NCBI GenBank assembly: GCA_964016885.1
Contig: OZ024754.1
Location: 8,990,001-9,054,000 of the forward strand
DNA: 64,000 nt
Direction: 5' to 3'
From: Eledone cirrhosa
Lineage: Eukaryota
The translations under genes and the position numbers were made by a program. The notes under the pieces were generated by a model. It saw only the letters and a list, made by a program, of their open reading frames with translations. It was not told where the DNA came from and ran no database searches. Below are positions 47,642-63,998 of this stretch, piece after piece. The stretch's first letter is position 1. The number at the start of each line of letters is the position of its first letter.

Positions 47642-49171
47642 ATGGAAAATAAATTGAGTGAGAAGAAGATTAAATGTGAAACATTGTCTGAAGATATTAC
47701 TAATCCAGAAGACATGCCAAACGATAGAGGAGAGAAGCCATATCACTGTGATATCTGTCGTAAATCATTCACTCAAAGTAGTACCTTAACTACGCACAAA
47801 CGTATACATACAGGTGAGAAACCATATGACTGTGATATCTGTGGTAAATCATTCTCTCGAAGTAATCATTTATCTAGACACAAACATATAGATACAGGAG
47901 AGAAGCCATATCACTGTGATATCTGTCGTAAATCATTCACTCAAAGTACTACCTTAACTACGCACAAACGTATACATACAGGTGAGATACCATATGACTG
48001 TGATATTTGTGGTAAATCATTCTCTAAATCGGATACATTAACTATTCACAAACATATACATACAGGAGACAAGCCGTATCACTGTGATATCTGTGGTAAA
48101 TCTTTCTCAGTAAGTGGTACATTAACTTCTCACATACGTAGCCATACAGGTGAGAAACCATTCCACTGTGACATCTGTGGTAAATCATTCTCGAGAAGTG
48201 ATCATTTATCTAGACACAAACGTATACATACAGGAGAGAAGCCATATCACTGTGATATCTGTGGTAAATCATTCTCAGTAAGTGATAAATTAACTTCTCA
48301 CAAATATACACATACAGGAGAGAAGCCATATCACTGTGATATCTGTGGTAAATCATTCACTCAAAGTAGTACCTTAACTACGCACAAACGTATACATACA
48401 GGTGAGAAACCATATGACTGTGATATCTGTGGTAAATCATTCTCTCGAAGTAATCATTTATCTAGACACAAATATATACATACAGGTGAGAAACCATATC
48501 ACTGTGATATCTGTGGTAAATCATTCTCTGAATCGGATACATTAACTATTCACAAACGTATACATACAGGAGACAAGCCGTATCACTGTGATATCTGTGG
48601 TAAATCTTTCTCAGTAAGTGGTACATTAACTTCTCACATACGTACCCATACAGGTGAGAAACCATACCACTGTGACATCTGTGGTAAATCATTCGCTAAA
48701 TCGGATACATTGACTATTCACAAACGTATACATACAGGAGACAAGCCTTATCACTGTGGTATCTGTGGTAAATCTTTCTCAGTAAGTGGTACATTAACTT
48801 CTCACAAATATACACATACAGGTGAGAAGCCATACTACTGTGACATCTGTGGTAAATCATTCTCTCACAGTGGTCACTTGACTAGACACAAACGTATACA
48901 TACAGGAGACAAGCCACATCACTGTGGTATCTGTGGTAAATCATTCTCTAAATCGGGTGATTTAACTCGTCACAAACGTATACATACAGGAGAGAAGCCA
49001 TACCACTGTGACATCTGTGGTAAATCATTCTCTGTATCGTGTGCTTTAACTATTCACAAACGTATGCATACAGGAGAGAAGCCATATCACTGTGATATCT
49101 GTGGTATATCATTCTCTGTATCAAGTAGGTTAACTAGACACAAATATACCCATACAGGTGAGAAACCATAA
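47642..49171 (+). CDS. C2H2 zinc-finger protein, copy 6, 509 aa, 17 fingers (finger 2 has H>D), uninterrupted
   Basis: 17 x 28-aa repeats running to the shared terminal TAA. Confidence 0.93.
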   Translation: MENKLSEKKIKCETLSEDITNPEDMPNDRGEKPYHCDICRKSFTQSSTLTTHKRIHTGEKPYDCDICGKSFSRSNHLSRHKHIDTGEKPYHCDICRKSFTQSTTLTTHKRIHTGEIPYDCDICGKSFSKSDTLTIHKHIHTGDKPYHCDICGKSFSVSGTLTSHIRSHTGEKPFHCDICGKSFSRSDHLSRHKRIHTGEKPYHCDICGKSFSVSDKLTSHKYTHTGEKPYHCDICGKSFTQSSTLTTHKRIHTGEKPYDCDICGKSFSRSNHLSRHKYIHTGEKPYHCDICGKSFSESDTLTIHKRIHTGDKPYHCDICGKSFSVSGTLTSHIRTHTGEKPYHCDICGKSFAKSDTLTIHKRIHTGDKPYHCGICGKSFSVSGTLTSHKYTHTGEKPYYCDICGKSFSHSGHLTRHKRIHTGDKPHHCGICGKSFSKSGDLTRHKRIHTGEKPYHCDICGKSFSVSCALTIHKRMHTGEKPYHCDICGISFSVSSRLTRHKYTHTGEKP

Positions 49172-49932
49172 CAAAGTCATATCTCATTATCTCAAAATGG
49201 TGAATTAATTAGACACAAATACATTCATATAAATGAAAAGCCATACCATTGCTACATTAATTACACCCAAACTGTGATGTCAGTGATAAATCATTCTCTA
49301 AATGTTGTGGCTTCAGTAAACACTAACATATACAGCAGAGGAACCACATCAGTGTGATGTCTGTGGTAAATGATTCTTTTGGACAGGTTACTTAATGCAA
49401 GACAATCAGACAAGATAAAAACCATATCACTCACCCAAAATAGTGCCACCAATGTTGTAAGTGTTTCGAATAAAACTTGTTTATTCAGAAATTATTCTCC
49501 TTTAATTTTATTTGTAAAAGTTGTGACAAAACTGCATGGTACAGAATTTACAAACACTATATATATATATGAGTGTATATAGAAATTATTATCCTTGAAT
49601 ATGATAGTATCTGTATGTGTGTATAATTATGTGTATCTGTGTGTACGTATGTGTTCTTATATACATGTGTGCATATCTGCAGTGTCTGTTCTAGCTCTCA
49701 GCGTACAAATCCCACTGAGGTGAAGTTGCTTCTATATTTTGAGATCCATAAATGAAATACCAGTGAAATACTGGGGTTGATTCTTCTTTGTCATTGTCTG
49801 TCTATTCTTCTCTCTTTCTATATATATATCATCATGATCAACGTCTACCTTCCACACTAACATGGGTCAGCTGGGAAATGTCCCACTTGAGGAAAAAATT
49901 GGTCAGGTGACCATGTCTCGCTTGTATAGGGC

Positions 49933-49969
<37 letters not shown>

Positions 49970-51314
49970 CCAGGAGTGAGACACGATCTCCTGACCCAAC
50001 TTATCTCTAAATGGGCCAAACAAAATGAAGACATAACAAATCGTCCTTTATATATATATATATATATTTGTGTTGGTGCTCTAAAATAGTGATGTATATT
50101 GTATGTTTATTTAAAACACTTTGAAGGCCTTTCGCTATAAATTTAAGGTAGTGAATATAGTCATATACCTAGCTTCAGTGAAACCAAAGGGAAATAACCA
50201 ATGATCGTTTCTCACATTTTAGTGCTTATCAAGGTTATATATCCCTTCTTTTTGCTGTGAGCTGTAGAAGTTGGATTCTTATAGAATTCCAATTATGTGT
50301 ATGAGCTGTTTAAACTCATTAACATACAGAGTGGTTGCCTTAAGCAAGGTATGTGACATCTATAACTATGAATTCATAGCAAAAGGGCTTCAAAATGTTA
50401 TTTTAAAAAACTATATTATTAACTATAAAATATGTACATTCATATATATATATAAACTTAAGCAAATTAACAAGGAGAAGACCAGACAAATTAGAACAAT
50501 ATTTTAAGGGGAATCCTTAAAGAATAATTTTTGAAAATAAAAATACAAATGAATGAAATAGAACTCCAGATTCATTGGCTGTTGAGATGGACTTGGCCAA
50601 TTTCAACCCCTACCAATGGTACTGCTGGTCACAGCGTCTGTCACAAGCCAATGCGCTGTCCTGTGGTGTAAGAGATGAGACAACACAATAATTTTTTAGC
50701 AATTGAGCTACAACAAGTAAACATGGATTTATGTGCTGTCAGGAAAAAGGTATTGTACTTTCATACAACAAAACTCATGAGTGAAACAAAGAAAAAGTCG
50801 GAAAAAGGCAAAATGAAGAAAGTAAGATATTGTGTTAAAATATGTAAGCCATTGAAATTAATGAGCGGAGGGTGAGAACAAGTTTATCACAGATTAGTAA
50901 TGATTAACCTAGGTAATTTTAACAAAAGGGACAAAACAAAGCAAAACATGATACAATTTTTTAAGAGGAAACCTTAAAATATTATTTCTTGAAAATATAT
51001 ACATATATCTTTTTCATTTGATTTATATATATATATGTTCAGTAGAGATTGTTTCGGTAAAAACAAGCGCATTGCCTGCGGCATATCACAAATTTTGGAT
51101 TTTCATCGAGGATTTCATTCTCATAACAAATGCATGGACTACATCTTGGATTGCATAAGAGAACCGTTGAAATAATTATTATGAATGAGCGGTTTATATC
51201 ACATCAGCATCTTAATGTTATTCTTATATATATAAGGGCGGTGCCCCAGCATGGCCTCAGCCGGATGGCTGAAACAGGTAAAAGAGTATATATATACATA
51301 TATGTAGGTTTTAT

Positions 51315-51915
51315 ATGTGGCTGATGCTCAGGTGCAGTAAGTAGCAAGTGCCCACTGGATACTAGCTCTTTCAACTACCCAGATGGTTCTATAGAAATAG
51401 TAGGCACTTTCTGTTATCAGGGTGACAAAATCAACAGTGGAGGAGAGTGTACTGAAAGTACAGTAGCCAGAAAAAGAACGGGATGGAAAAAGTTCAGAGA
51501 GCTAATACCACTGTTAGCCGCAAAAGGTTTCTCTCTAAAAATGAAAGGCCAATTGTATGATGCTTGTATACAAACAACAATGTTACATGGTAGTTAGACC
51601 TGGGTATTGTGTGCACAGATTGGAAAGGAATGAAGCATGCATGCTCCGATGGATGTAATAGTAATATAGACAAAGGGTAAGTGTACTAAGTGAAAAATTA
51701 GGCATAAGAGGGATTAGATGTAGTTTACTAGAGAGGAGATTATGTTGGTATGATCATGTGATGCATATGAAGAACGACAGCTCTATAGGGCGTTCAAAAT
51801 TGATGGAAGACTCATAACGAGGTGATAAAAGCTGACCTTGCACACTTGAACCTCTCTCAGACAATGACACAGGATCGAGATGTTTGGCGCTATGCAGTAA
51901 TACAGAAGCCAACCT
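51315..51915 (+). mobile_element. RTE LINE 3' fragment, unit 7
   Basis: Near-identical to 645..1245. Confidence 0.85.
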
Positions 51916-53368
51916 TCCTTTGTGCACGGACTTCTAGGTACCTTTTAATCCAATATAGATTCCACACACTTACACCTCCCTTCCACTACCACCCACACCA
52001 CCTTTACTCTGTAAAGTTATATTGGTACCACAAAACATCCAGCTCACACTGGAAATTGATCGTGTAGGTGTCACGACAAAATGCACCCAGTCCACATTGT
52101 AAAATAGTCATGTAGGTTTCGTGACAAAAAGATCTTAGTCTGCACTGTATGAACAAGGCATGGTCACCTGACCTAGCATTGCAAACAACAGGGCACTCGT
52201 TAAACCCATGCTAGCGTGGAAAAATGGATGTAAAGTGGTGATGATTATATATATATATATATATTATTGTTTTAACTTCACCTGTTGCAAATTTTTTTAT
52301 ATTGTTTTTGTGAAAAAAAAACAATCTTTTTCGCACACACACACACATTATATGTGTATATATATTTCTTTATTGAGTTTCTACTTTGGGCACAAGGCCA
52401 GCGAAATACCTCAGTGCACCACTGGTACTTTATTTTATCGACCTCGTAAGGATGAAAGGCAAAGTTAACCTCGGCGGATTTGAACTCAGAACGCAAAGGG
52501 CCATAACTATGCTACAAAGCATGGTATCTGACGCTCTATCGATACTGCCAAATCACTATATATATATACTTTTGGCACAAGGCCAGCAAATAGCCAGCAA
52601 ATAAACTGGTACTTTATTTTATCGACCCCGTAAGGATGAAAGGCAAAGTTAACCTTGGTGGGATTTGAACTCATAATGGCAAGGGCCGTAACTCTTTGCA
52701 TCAAAGCATGGCGTCCGAGCCTCTACCGATACTGCCAATCCACCGCCCTTGTATATATATAAATAGATAATCCCGTTCATTTCTCTTATAATATATATAC
52801 ATATATTTAACGTTCTCTTTTTTTTTTTTGTTTTATTTCAAGTAACTTACAAGGGATATTCTATGATTGACTAGAATCACTTCCAGTGTGTGTATTTATT
52901 TACAACATTGATATTCTACACCACATTCGTCATCTATGTGACACTTGTAATGTTATTTTTACAACCAGGAATAAAATTGTTCTTGAGATATTCACTGCGA
53001 ACCTGTACTTTCTCTATTTCTTGTTCGGACTTGGTATATATATATATATATAATATTTATTTACTACACCACATTTTTCATCTGTGTGATATTTTTGTAA
53101 TGTTATTTATACAACCGGGAATAAAATAATTCTTACCCTAAACCTTATTATTCACTGCGAACCTGATCTGTTTCTATTTCCTGTCTCACCATCTTCCATT
53201 CTTTCATCAATCTCTCGTCATTAATTTTTATCAATTCCTGTCTCCTTTTCTATATTTTCAAGGTATTTCAAATTTTTTTATAATTTTTACGTTTCTTTCG
53301 TTAATTTATTCAGTTTTATATTTAAAATATTTCTGAGTAACTTTTCCTGTATTTTCCGTCTAAATATT

Positions 53369-53402
<34 letters not shown>

Positions 53403-54877
53403 AAGTAAGACCCCGACGGTTGAGCTCAAGCCGTTTCGACGGCTAATTCTGGACTTTGAGCTCAGCCGTCGGGGTCTTACTTGTTCCTATATATATATAT
53501 ATATATATATATAAACAATATTTAGACGGAAAATACAAAATATAACTACTCCATTACCAAAGGTTTCTGGATCCCAGATAATAATGATATACGTCTTTTC
53601 CTTCGGAATTACCTAATACATATATATATATATATATATATATTTGTAATAAGGTTGCTTTGATGCGTCCATAGGCGGTATGCCGTTTGAGCACTCTATG
53701 CCCCTCGATGGAAAACGAAGAATCAGTGAAGCATCGAAACAATTTATTACGTATTACAATTGTTTTTCCAGCGAAAAGCTCCAGGTGTGATCTATTCGCC
53801 AGAGAAACAATTGTAATACGTAATTGTGTTCCGATACATCACTGATTCTTCGTTGTCCTGTAGGAGTCACGGTAAAAAGCACCCAGCATACACCGTAAAT
53901 GTGGTTTGTGTTAGGAAGGACATTCGGCCATGGAAAAGAAGCCAGAAACAGTTCTGTGTGAGTAAGACATGGTCACCTGGCCTAGCATTGCCTTAAATGG
54001 GACAACCCGTCTAATCCAGGCTAACGTGGAAAATGGCCATTAAATGATAACTATATGTTTTTGTGTGTGTGTAAAGCCCTGCAAATATACTTCCCACTAA
54101 TTGTGTCTACAGGAATAACACAAGTCATGTTAGTGGGGTGCCTAGAGTAGCCATGTGTGAGTATCCCTTGACTGTTATCAAGCAATTGCACAGCATTTTC
54201 CCCGTCCAGGTAGAAAGAACTGTTACTCAAGGAACTGTCAAGTTACACATCTCAGGTCTCAGACAATTACTATGTTGGAAAGTCCTATAAGAATGAATTT
54301 TGGGGTAAAGACTATCGGGAAGACCTCCCAAGAGATAAAAGGGTAAAATATATATAGAGCATGCTGGAATACCACTGCTCACATTGGAGAGTATTGCTCT
54401 GGACAGGAAAGATATCTAGTTTACCAATATAGAAATATAAAATTTCCACTGTTAAATCTATCTCTGCTTCTTAAGTATTCTCTATTATCTCATACCGTTT
54501 CTTTCTTATTTCAGAATATCAGATGACATTGGGATAAATTAATTTTTAATCTTGAATACATCACCTATATTTATCATCATTTCAAGACTAAACTTTTCAT
54601 ACGGAACTGATATAACATTGTTTATATTAGAATTACTGTGAAAAATTTCTTCAGAACTGTGTTTATCGGAAAAATTTCGTTTCCTCACCAGCCTAAATAT
54701 TTACAAGATGATTTTGAATCTTAACTAAAATTTGATCACAAAGAAGTTTGCATCATCTTCAGATCTTGACTGAGATCACAGTTGGGGGAAATATAGCAGA
54801 AGAAATATCTTCAGGAATATAATATATAAAATAATACAAGAATAACATCTGTAAATTCAGTCAAGGGAAGAAGAAAC

Positions 54878-56461
54878 ATGGAAAATAAATTGAGTGAGAA
54901 GAAGATTAAATGTGAAACATTGTCTGAAGATATTACTAATCCAGAAGACATGGCAAACGATAAAATAAGGAAGTCATATCACTGCGATATCTGTGGTAAA
55001 TCATTCACTCAAAGTAGTACCTTAACTAGACACAAACGTATACATACAGGAGAGAAACCGTATGACTGTGATATTTGTGGTAAATCATTCTCTAAATCGG
55101 ATACATTAACTATTCACAAACGTATATATTCGGGAGAGAAGCCATATCACTGTGATATCTGTGGTAAATCATTCTCAGTAAGTGATAAATTAACTTCTCA
55201 CAAATATACACATACAGGAGAGAAGCCATATCACTGTGATATCTGTGGTAAATCATTCTCTCAAAGTGGTCACTTAAGTACACACATACGTATACATACA
55301 GGAGAGAAACCATATCACTGTGGTAAATCATTCTCAGTAAGTGATAAATTAACTTCTCACAAATATACACATACAGGAGAGAAGCCATATCACTGTGATA
55401 TCTGTGGTAAATCATTCGCTAAATCGGATACATTAACTATTCACAAACGTATACATACAGGAGAGAAGCCATATCACTGTGATATCTGTGGTAAATCATT
55501 CTCTCAAAGTGGTCACTTAAGTACACACAAACGTATACATACAGGAGAGAAACCATATCACTGTGGTATCTGTGGTAAATCATTCTCAGTAAGTGATCAT
55601 TTATCTAGACACAAATATACACATACAGGAGACAAGCCATATCACTGTGGTATCTGTGGTAAATCTTTCTCAGTAAGTGGTACATTAACTTCTCACATGC
55701 GTAGCCATACAGGTGAGAAGCCATTCCACTGTGACATTTGTGGTAAATCATTCTCTGTATCGTGTGGTTTAACTAGTCACAAACGTATACATACAGGAGA
55801 CAAGCCATATCACTGTGATATCTGTGGTAAATCATTCGCTAAATCGGATACATTAACTATTCACAAACATATACATACAGGAGACAAGCCGTATCACTGT
55901 GATATCTGTGGTAAATCTTTCTCAGTAAGTGGTACATTAACTTCTCACATACGTACCCATACAGGTGAGAAACCATTCCACTGTGACATCTGTGGTAAAT
56001 CATTCTCTCAAAGTGATCAATTATGTAGACACAAACGTATACATAGAGGAGAGAAGCCATATCACTGTGATATCTGTGGTAAATCATTCTCTCAAAGTGG
56101 TCACTTAAGTACACACAAACGTATACATACAGGAGAGAAACCATATCAATGTGGTATCTGTGGTAAATCATTCTCTCAAAGTGATCATTTATCTAGACAC
56201 AAATATACACATACAGGAGAGAAGCCATATCACTGTGATATCTGTGGTAAATCATTCTCTCAAAGTGGTCACTTAAGTACACACAAACGTATACATACAG
56301 GAGAGAAACCATATCACTGTGGTAAATCATTCTCAGTAAGTGATAAATTAACTTCTCACAAATATACACATACAGGAGAGAAGCCATATCACTGTGATAT
56401 CTGTGGTAAATCATTCGCTAAATCGGATACATTAACTATTCACAAACGTATACATACATGA
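54878..56461 (+). CDS. C2H2 zinc-finger protein, copy 7, 527 aa, same protein as copy 4, truncated
   Basis: Translation identical to 31491..33074 at offset 23387. Confidence 0.8.
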   Translation: MENKLSEKKIKCETLSEDITNPEDMANDKIRKSYHCDICGKSFTQSSTLTRHKRIHTGEKPYDCDICGKSFSKSDTLTIHKRIYSGEKPYHCDICGKSFSVSDKLTSHKYTHTGEKPYHCDICGKSFSQSGHLSTHIRIHTGEKPYHCGKSFSVSDKLTSHKYTHTGEKPYHCDICGKSFAKSDTLTIHKRIHTGEKPYHCDICGKSFSQSGHLSTHKRIHTGEKPYHCGICGKSFSVSDHLSRHKYTHTGDKPYHCGICGKSFSVSGTLTSHMRSHTGEKPFHCDICGKSFSVSCGLTSHKRIHTGDKPYHCDICGKSFAKSDTLTIHKHIHTGDKPYHCDICGKSFSVSGTLTSHIRTHTGEKPFHCDICGKSFSQSDQLCRHKRIHRGEKPYHCDICGKSFSQSGHLSTHKRIHTGEKPYQCGICGKSFSQSDHLSRHKYTHTGEKPYHCDICGKSFSQSGHLSTHKRIHTGEKPYHCGKSFSVSDKLTSHKYTHTGEKPYHCDICGKSFAKSDTLTIHKRIHT

Positions 56462-57470
<1,009 letters not shown>

Positions 57471-58234
57471 CAAAGTCATATCTCATTATCTCAAAATGGT
57501 GAATTAATTAGACACAAATACATTCATATAAATGAAAAGCCATACCATTGCTACATTAATTACACCCAAACTGTGATGTCTGTGATAAATCATTCTCTAA
57601 ATGTTGTGGCTTCAGTAGACACTAACATATACAGGAGAGGAACCACATCAGTGTTATGTCTGTGGTAAATGATTCTTTTGGACAGGTTACTTAATGCAAG
57701 AGAATCAGACAAGATAAAAACCATATCACTCACCCAAAATAGTGCCACCAATGTTGTAAGTGTTTTGAATAAAACTTGTTTATTCAGAAATTATTCTCCT
57801 TTAATTTTATTTGTAAAAGTTGTAACCAACACCAGTTGTGACAAAACTGCATGGTACAGAATTTACAAACACTATATATATATGAGTGTATATAGAAATT
57901 ATTATCCTTGAATATGATAGTATCTGTATGTGTGTATAATTGTGTGTACGTATGTGTTCTTATATACATGTGTGCATATCTGCAGTGTCTGTTCTAGCTC
58001 TCAGAGTACAAATCCCACTGAGGTGAAGTTGCTTCTATATTTTGAGATCCATAAATGAAATACCAGTGAAATACTGGGGTTGATTCTTCTTTGTCATTGT
58101 CTGTCTATTCTTCTCTCTTTCTATATATATATCATCATGATCAACGTCTACCTTCCACACTAACATGGGTTAGCTGGGAAAGTCCCACTTGAGGAAAAAA
58201 TTGGTCGGGTGACCATGTCTCGCTTGTATAGGGC

Positions 58235-58293
<59 letters not shown>

Positions 58294-59560
58294 CCAGGAG
58301 TGAGACACGATCTCCTGACCCAACTTATCTCTAAATGGGCCAAACAAAATGAAGACATAACAAATCGTCCTTTATATATATTTGTGTTGGTGCTCTAAAA
58401 TAGTGATGTATATTGTATGTTTATTTAAAACACTTTGAAGGCCTTTCGCTATAAATTTAAGGTAGTGAATATAGTCATATACCTAGCTTCAGTGAAACCA
58501 AAGGGAAATAACCAATGATCGTTTCTCACATTTTAGTGCTTATCAAGGTTATATATCCCTTCTTTTTGCTGTGAGCTGTAGAAGCTGGATTCTTATAGAA
58601 TTCCAATTATGTGTATGAGCTGTTTAATCTCATTAACATACAGAGTGGTTGCCTTAAGCAAGGTATGTGACATCTGTAACTATCTTGAATTCATAGCGAA
58701 AGGGCTTCAAAATGTTATTTAAAAAAACTATATTATTAACTATAAAATATGTACATTCATATATATATAAACTTAAGCAAATTAACAAGGAGAAGACCAG
58801 ACAAATTAGAACAATATTTTAAGGGGAGTTCTTAAAGAATAATTTTTCAAAATAAAAATACAAATGAATGAAATAGAACTCCAGATTCATTGGCTGTTGA
58901 GATGGACTTGGCCAATTTCAACCCCTACCAATGGTACTGCTGGTCACAGCGTCTGTCACAAGCCAATGCGCTGTCCTGTGGTGTAAGAGATGAGACAACA
59001 CAATAATTTTTTAGCAATTGAGCTACAACAAGTAAACATGGATTTATGTGCTGTCAGGAAAAAGGTATTGTACTTTCATACAACAAAACATGAGTGAAAC
59101 AAAGAAAAAGTTGGAAAAAAGGCAAATTGAAGAAAGTAAGATATTGTGTTAAAATATGTAAGCCATTGAAATTAATGAGGGGAGGGGGAGAACAAGTTTA
59201 TCACAGATTAGTAATGATTAACCTAGGTAATTTTAACAAAAGGGGCAAAACATGATACAATTTTTTAAGAGGAAACCTTAAAATATTATTTCTTGAAAAT
59301 ATATACATATATCTTTTTCATTTGATTTATATATATATGTTCAGTAGAGATTATCTCGGTAAAAACAAGCGCATTGCCTGCGGCATATCACAAATTTTGA
59401 ATTTTCATCGAGGATTTCATTCTCATAACAAATGCATGGACTACATCTTGGATTGCATAAGAGAACCGTTAAAATAATTATTATGAATGAGCGGTTTATA
59501 TCACATCAGCATCTTAATGTTATTCTTATATATATATATATACATATATGTAGGTTTTAT

Positions 59561-60161
59561 ATGTGGCTGATGCTCAGGTGCAGTAAGTAGCAAGTGCCCA
59601 CTGGATACTAGCTCTTTCAACTACCCAGATGGTTCTATAGAAATAGTAGGCACTTTCTGTTATCAGGGTGACAAAATCAACAGTGGAGGAGAGTGTACTG
59701 AAAGTACAGTAGCCAGAAAAAGAACGGGATGGAAGAAGTTCAGAGAGCTAATACCACTGTTAGCCGCAAAAGGTTTCTCTCTAAAAATGAAAGGCCAATT
59801 GTATGATGCTTGTATACAAACAACAATGTTACATGGTAGTTAGACCTGGGTCTTGTGTGCACAGATTGGAAAGGAATGAAGCATGCATGCTCCGATGGAT
59901 GTAATAGTAATATAGACAAAGGGTAAGTGTACTAAGTGAAAAATTAGGCATAAGAGGGATTAGATGTAGTTTACTAGAGAGGAGATTATGTTGGTATGAT
60001 CATGTGATGCATATGAAGAACGACAGCTCTATAGGGCGTTCAAAATTGATGGAAGACTCATAACGAGGTGATAAAAGCTGACCTTGCACACTTGAACCTC
60101 TCTCAGACAATGACACAGGATCGAGATGTTTGGCGCTATGCAGTAATACAGAAGCCAACCT
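59561..60161 (+). mobile_element. RTE LINE 3' fragment, unit 8
   Basis: Near-identical to 645..1245. Confidence 0.85.
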
Positions 60162-61048
60162 TCCTTTGTGCACGGACTTCTAGGTACCTTTTAATCCAAT
60201 ATATATTCCACACACTTACACCTCCCTTCCACTACCACCCACACCACCTTTACTCTGTAAAGTTATATTGGTACCACAAAACATCCAGCTCACACTGGAA
60301 ATTGATCGTGTAGGTGTCACGACAAAATGCACCCAGTCCACATTGTAAAATAGTCATGTAGGTTTCGTGACAAAAAGATCTTAGTCTGCACTGTATGAAC
60401 AAGGCATGGTCACCTGACCTAGCATTGCAAACAACAGGGCACTCGTTAAACCCATGCTAGCGTGGAAAAATGGATGTAAAGTGGTGATGATTATATATAT
60501 ATATATATATTATTGTTTTAACTTCACCTGTTGCAAATTTTTTTATATTGTTTTTGTGAAAAAAAAACAATCTTTTTCGCACACACACACACACATTATA
60601 TGTGTATATATATTTCTTTATTGAGTTTCTACTTTGGGCACAAGGCCAGCGAAATACCTCAGTGCACCACTGGTACTTTATTTTATCGACCTCGTAAGGA
60701 TGAAAGGCAAAGTTAACCTCGGCGGATTTGAACTCAGAACGCAAAGGGCCATAACTATGCTACAAAGCATGGTATCTGACGCTCTATCGATACTGCCAAA
60801 TCACTATATATATATACTTTTGGCACAAGGCCAGCAAATAGCCAGTGCATTACTGGTACTTTATTTTATCGACCCCGTAAGGATGAAAGGCAAAGTTAAC
60901 CTTGGTGGGATTTGAACTCATAATGGCAAGGGCCGTAACTCTTTGCATCAAAGCATGGCGTCCGAGCCTCTACCGGTACTGCCAATCCACCGCCCTTGTA
61001 TATATATAAATAGATAATCCCGTTCATTTCTCTTATAATATATATACA

Positions 61049-61083
61049 AGCAGGGAAAAGCGGATGTAAAATGAAACTAAAAC
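61049..61083 (+). mobile_element. 35-bp retroposon 3'-tail insertion in (TA)n, unit 8 only
   Basis: AGCAGGGAAAAGCGGATGTAAAATGAAACTAAAAC resembles the GCGTGGAAAAATGGATGTAAA tail near 1545; absent from other units. Confidence 0.55.
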
Positions 61084-61651
61084 TATATATAACGTTCTCT
61101 TTTTTTTTTTTTGTTTTATTTCAAGTAACTTACAAGGGATATTCTATGATTGACTAGAATCACTTCCAGTGTGTGTATTTATTTACAACATTGATATTCT
61201 ACACCACATTCGTCATCTATGTGACACTTGTAATGTTATTTTTACAACCAGGAATAAAATTGTTCTTGAGATATTCACTGCGAACCTGTACTTTCTCTAT
61301 TTCTTGTTCGGACTTGGTATATATATATATATATAATATTTATTTACTACACCGCATTTTTCATCTGTGTGATATTTTTGTAATGTTATTTATACAACCG
61401 GGAATAAAATAATTCTTACCCTAAACCTTATTATTCACTGCGAACCTGATCTGTTTCTATTTCCTGTCTCACCATCTTCCATTCTTTCATCAATCTCTCG
61501 TCATTAATTTTTATCAATTCCTGTCTCCTTTTCTATATTTTCAAGGTATTTCAAATTTTTTTATAATTTTTACGTTTCTTTCGTTAATTTATTCAGTTTT
61601 ATATTTAAAATATTTCTGAGTAACTTTTCCTGTATTTTCCGTCTAAATATT

Positions 61652-61698
<47 letters not shown>

Positions 61699-61784
61699 AA
61701 CAAGTAAGACCCCGACGGTTGAGCTCAAGCCGTTTCGACGGCTAATTCTGGACTTTGAGCTCAGCCGTCGGGGTCTTACTTGTT

Positions 61785-61827
<43 letters not shown>

Positions 61828-62086
61828 AATATTTAGACGGAAAATACAAAATATAACTATTCCATTACCAAAGGTTTCTGGATCCCAGATAATAATGATA
61901 TACGTCTTTTCCTTCGGAATTACCTAATACATATATATATATATATATATATATGTATAGTTATATTTAAAATTGTTGGGTTACAACTAGTAAATATTTA
62001 TAAACTGATATAAAAGCACTCGACAAATATTTGGAGTATATTTACAATATTAAATAAATGGAAAACTATATTTATAAAACCATATT

Positions 62087-62152
62087 TATTTCATTATATA
62101 TATTTCGGGGATATCATATTAACAATATGCTATGCCTTCATCAGACAAAATA
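62087..62152 (-). ncRNA. Type I hammerhead ribozyme of the Penelope-like element, core intact
   Basis: Minus strand: TATTTTGT CTGATGA AGGCATAGCATATT-GTT-AATATGATATCCCC GAAA TATATA TA ATGAAATA; 8-bp stem I with two G-U pairs, imperfect stem II, palindromic stem/loop III. Confidence 0.72.
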
Positions 62153-62244
62153 CAATATAAACAGTTTTATAGATAAATATATTCGACATACCGTAATAAA
62201 CATCGACTTCATTTGAAGAGGTTTACGCTAGCAGTGAAAATACA

Positions 62245-63220
62245 GAGAGAAAGAAAGAGAGAAAAAAAAAAAAAAAAAAAAAAAAGAAAGAAAGACAAAA
62301 CGAAGAAAAGGAAGAAAAAGAAAAAGAAGAAATGCATGGAACAAAATAGAGAGATGGAAAAATAGATAAAGCGAAGAGCTTCATGTAAAGAAACAGAAAG
62401 AGATATATATATATAGAGAGAGGAAATAGAGATAGATACATATATATATATAGAAAATTAGGTAGTGGGAGGTCATTTTGAGTAAGTGTATCAATGATAC
62501 ATTTATTTATTTATTTATTTATTTATTTAGCTCAAGTATTAATGTAAGGGAGATATATAGAGAGATATAGAGAGAGAAAAAAAAATTTAAAAATAGCCAG
62601 ACATATTCGAGGCGTAGAAAACCCTATGTTTTAATGTATTAGTATTTATAAAACTTACACTATATTGTAAATATCAGTATTCCTGAATGAAACAAGTATC
62701 CATAATGTGTGAAAATTCATTATCTTATGTTTAGTTTTAAAAAATTCATATGTTTATGTGACAGCTACAAACATCAATGTGAATCCAACTGATTCACTCT
62801 GCAAACTCTAAGTTACCGGAAAACATTCTCAATGTGGTATAAAAATTTGAGCGTATTATTATTCTTGCGATTACTCTACAAGATTATCAATCAAGCAGAA
62901 ATAGAGAGCAGATTTCAATATACTAATCAAAAATATATATTATATTATAAACAAAACTAAAAATAAAAAGATAACAATAATAATAATAATAATAAGTAAA
63001 AATATAGAATAGAAAACTAAAAAAATATTACGAAAGAATATTACATAATAAAAATATTGCATATTAAAAATACTACGTATTAAAAAATATTACGTATTAA
63101 AAATTTACATATTAAAGATATTAAAAATATTAAAAATAAAATAAAATAAAAATAAAAATAAAAAAATATAGAATACTACAATACTAAAAGAATAAAAATA
63201 AAAATAAAAATAAAGATAAA
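62245..63220. repeat. Low-complexity A-rich tract with poly-A, (GAAA)n, (TTTA)n, (AAT)n and (AAAAAT)n
   Basis: Directly visible, e.g. A run ~62263-62285 and (TTTA)n ~62501-62528. Confidence 0.8.
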
Positions 63221-63575
63221 CCACAAAGAACAACCCTTCAAAGTTAATTGACAATATATTGCCAAGTTCATTACAAGACAAAGCCAAAAATTATCTATCA
63301 AATCACATCTAGCAAAGAACATCTCAAAAAGATTATGATGTCCAATTATGTCTACATATGTTCCTATATTTAATATAGAAGTTTATCTAGTGTAAGGTTA
63401 ATTCAAAAAATTTGGAGCATCGGCTTTTAGGGTAGCTTAATTTTTCATGAGGAATGTTTAGATAAAAATAAAAAAAATAAAATAAACAATAAAAAAAAAA
63501 AGTAAAAAGAGGGAATCAAAGATTTAGGAATCAAAAATTTATCGGCTAGTTCTCATATAAATCAAATTAAATATA

Positions 63576-63998
63576 CTACATTTTAAATTTAAATTTATAT
63601 TTAAACGTTGAGTTTAATCTATGTTTGCAACAACTGAATAAATTTGTCCGTAGGTTAAGGGAATTTTTAGATTTTAGTATAAAGAATATCTCCTCTGCGC
63701 AGAGGTCACATGTCTCAGAGGATGAATTAAAAGGAATCCCTCTTGAGACTATATTCCAAGCCGTCGAATATCTAACGTTATCTAGCTTAAGTTGCCAGAG
63801 TACGCCTGATAGTGCCGTTGAAGATTTTTTATTTGGATCTGTGAAAGAATTCTTGTGGTTATTATAGCGAAGTTTAAATTCCGTCGATGTGGAACCGGCG
63901 TAGTTAAAAGAATTAGAGTCAGTATTAACATTACAATTGTATACTATATTTTTAACTAAGCAGTTGTTATTTAACGGACATTTAGATCTATCTCTACA
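63576..63998 (-). CDS. Penelope-like element GIY-YIG endonuclease domain, C-terminal 140 aa, 5'-partial
   Basis: Manual translation without stops: CRDRSKCPLNNNCLVKNIVYNCNVNTDSNSFNYAGSTSTEFKLRYNNHKNSFTDPNKKSSTALSGVLWQLKLDNVRYSTAWNIVSRGIPFNSSSETCDLCAEEIFFILKSKNSLNLRTNLFSCCKHRLNSTFKYKFKFKM*; shows IVY..YAG, R, H, CxxC..E, LN and CxH motifs. Confidence 0.88.
   Translation of the reverse strand, partial: CRDRSKCPLNNNCLVKNIVYNCNVNTDSNSFNYAGSTSTEFKLRYNNHKNSFTDPNKKSSTALSGVLWQLKLDNVRYSTAWNIVSRGIPFNSSSETCDLCAEEIFFILKSKNSLNLRTNLFSCCKHRLNSTFKYKFKFKM

Noticed and set aside
63625-63867. + strand 80-aa ORF MQQLNKFVRR...
   Set aside because: Antisense shadow of the GIY-YIG frame on the minus strand.
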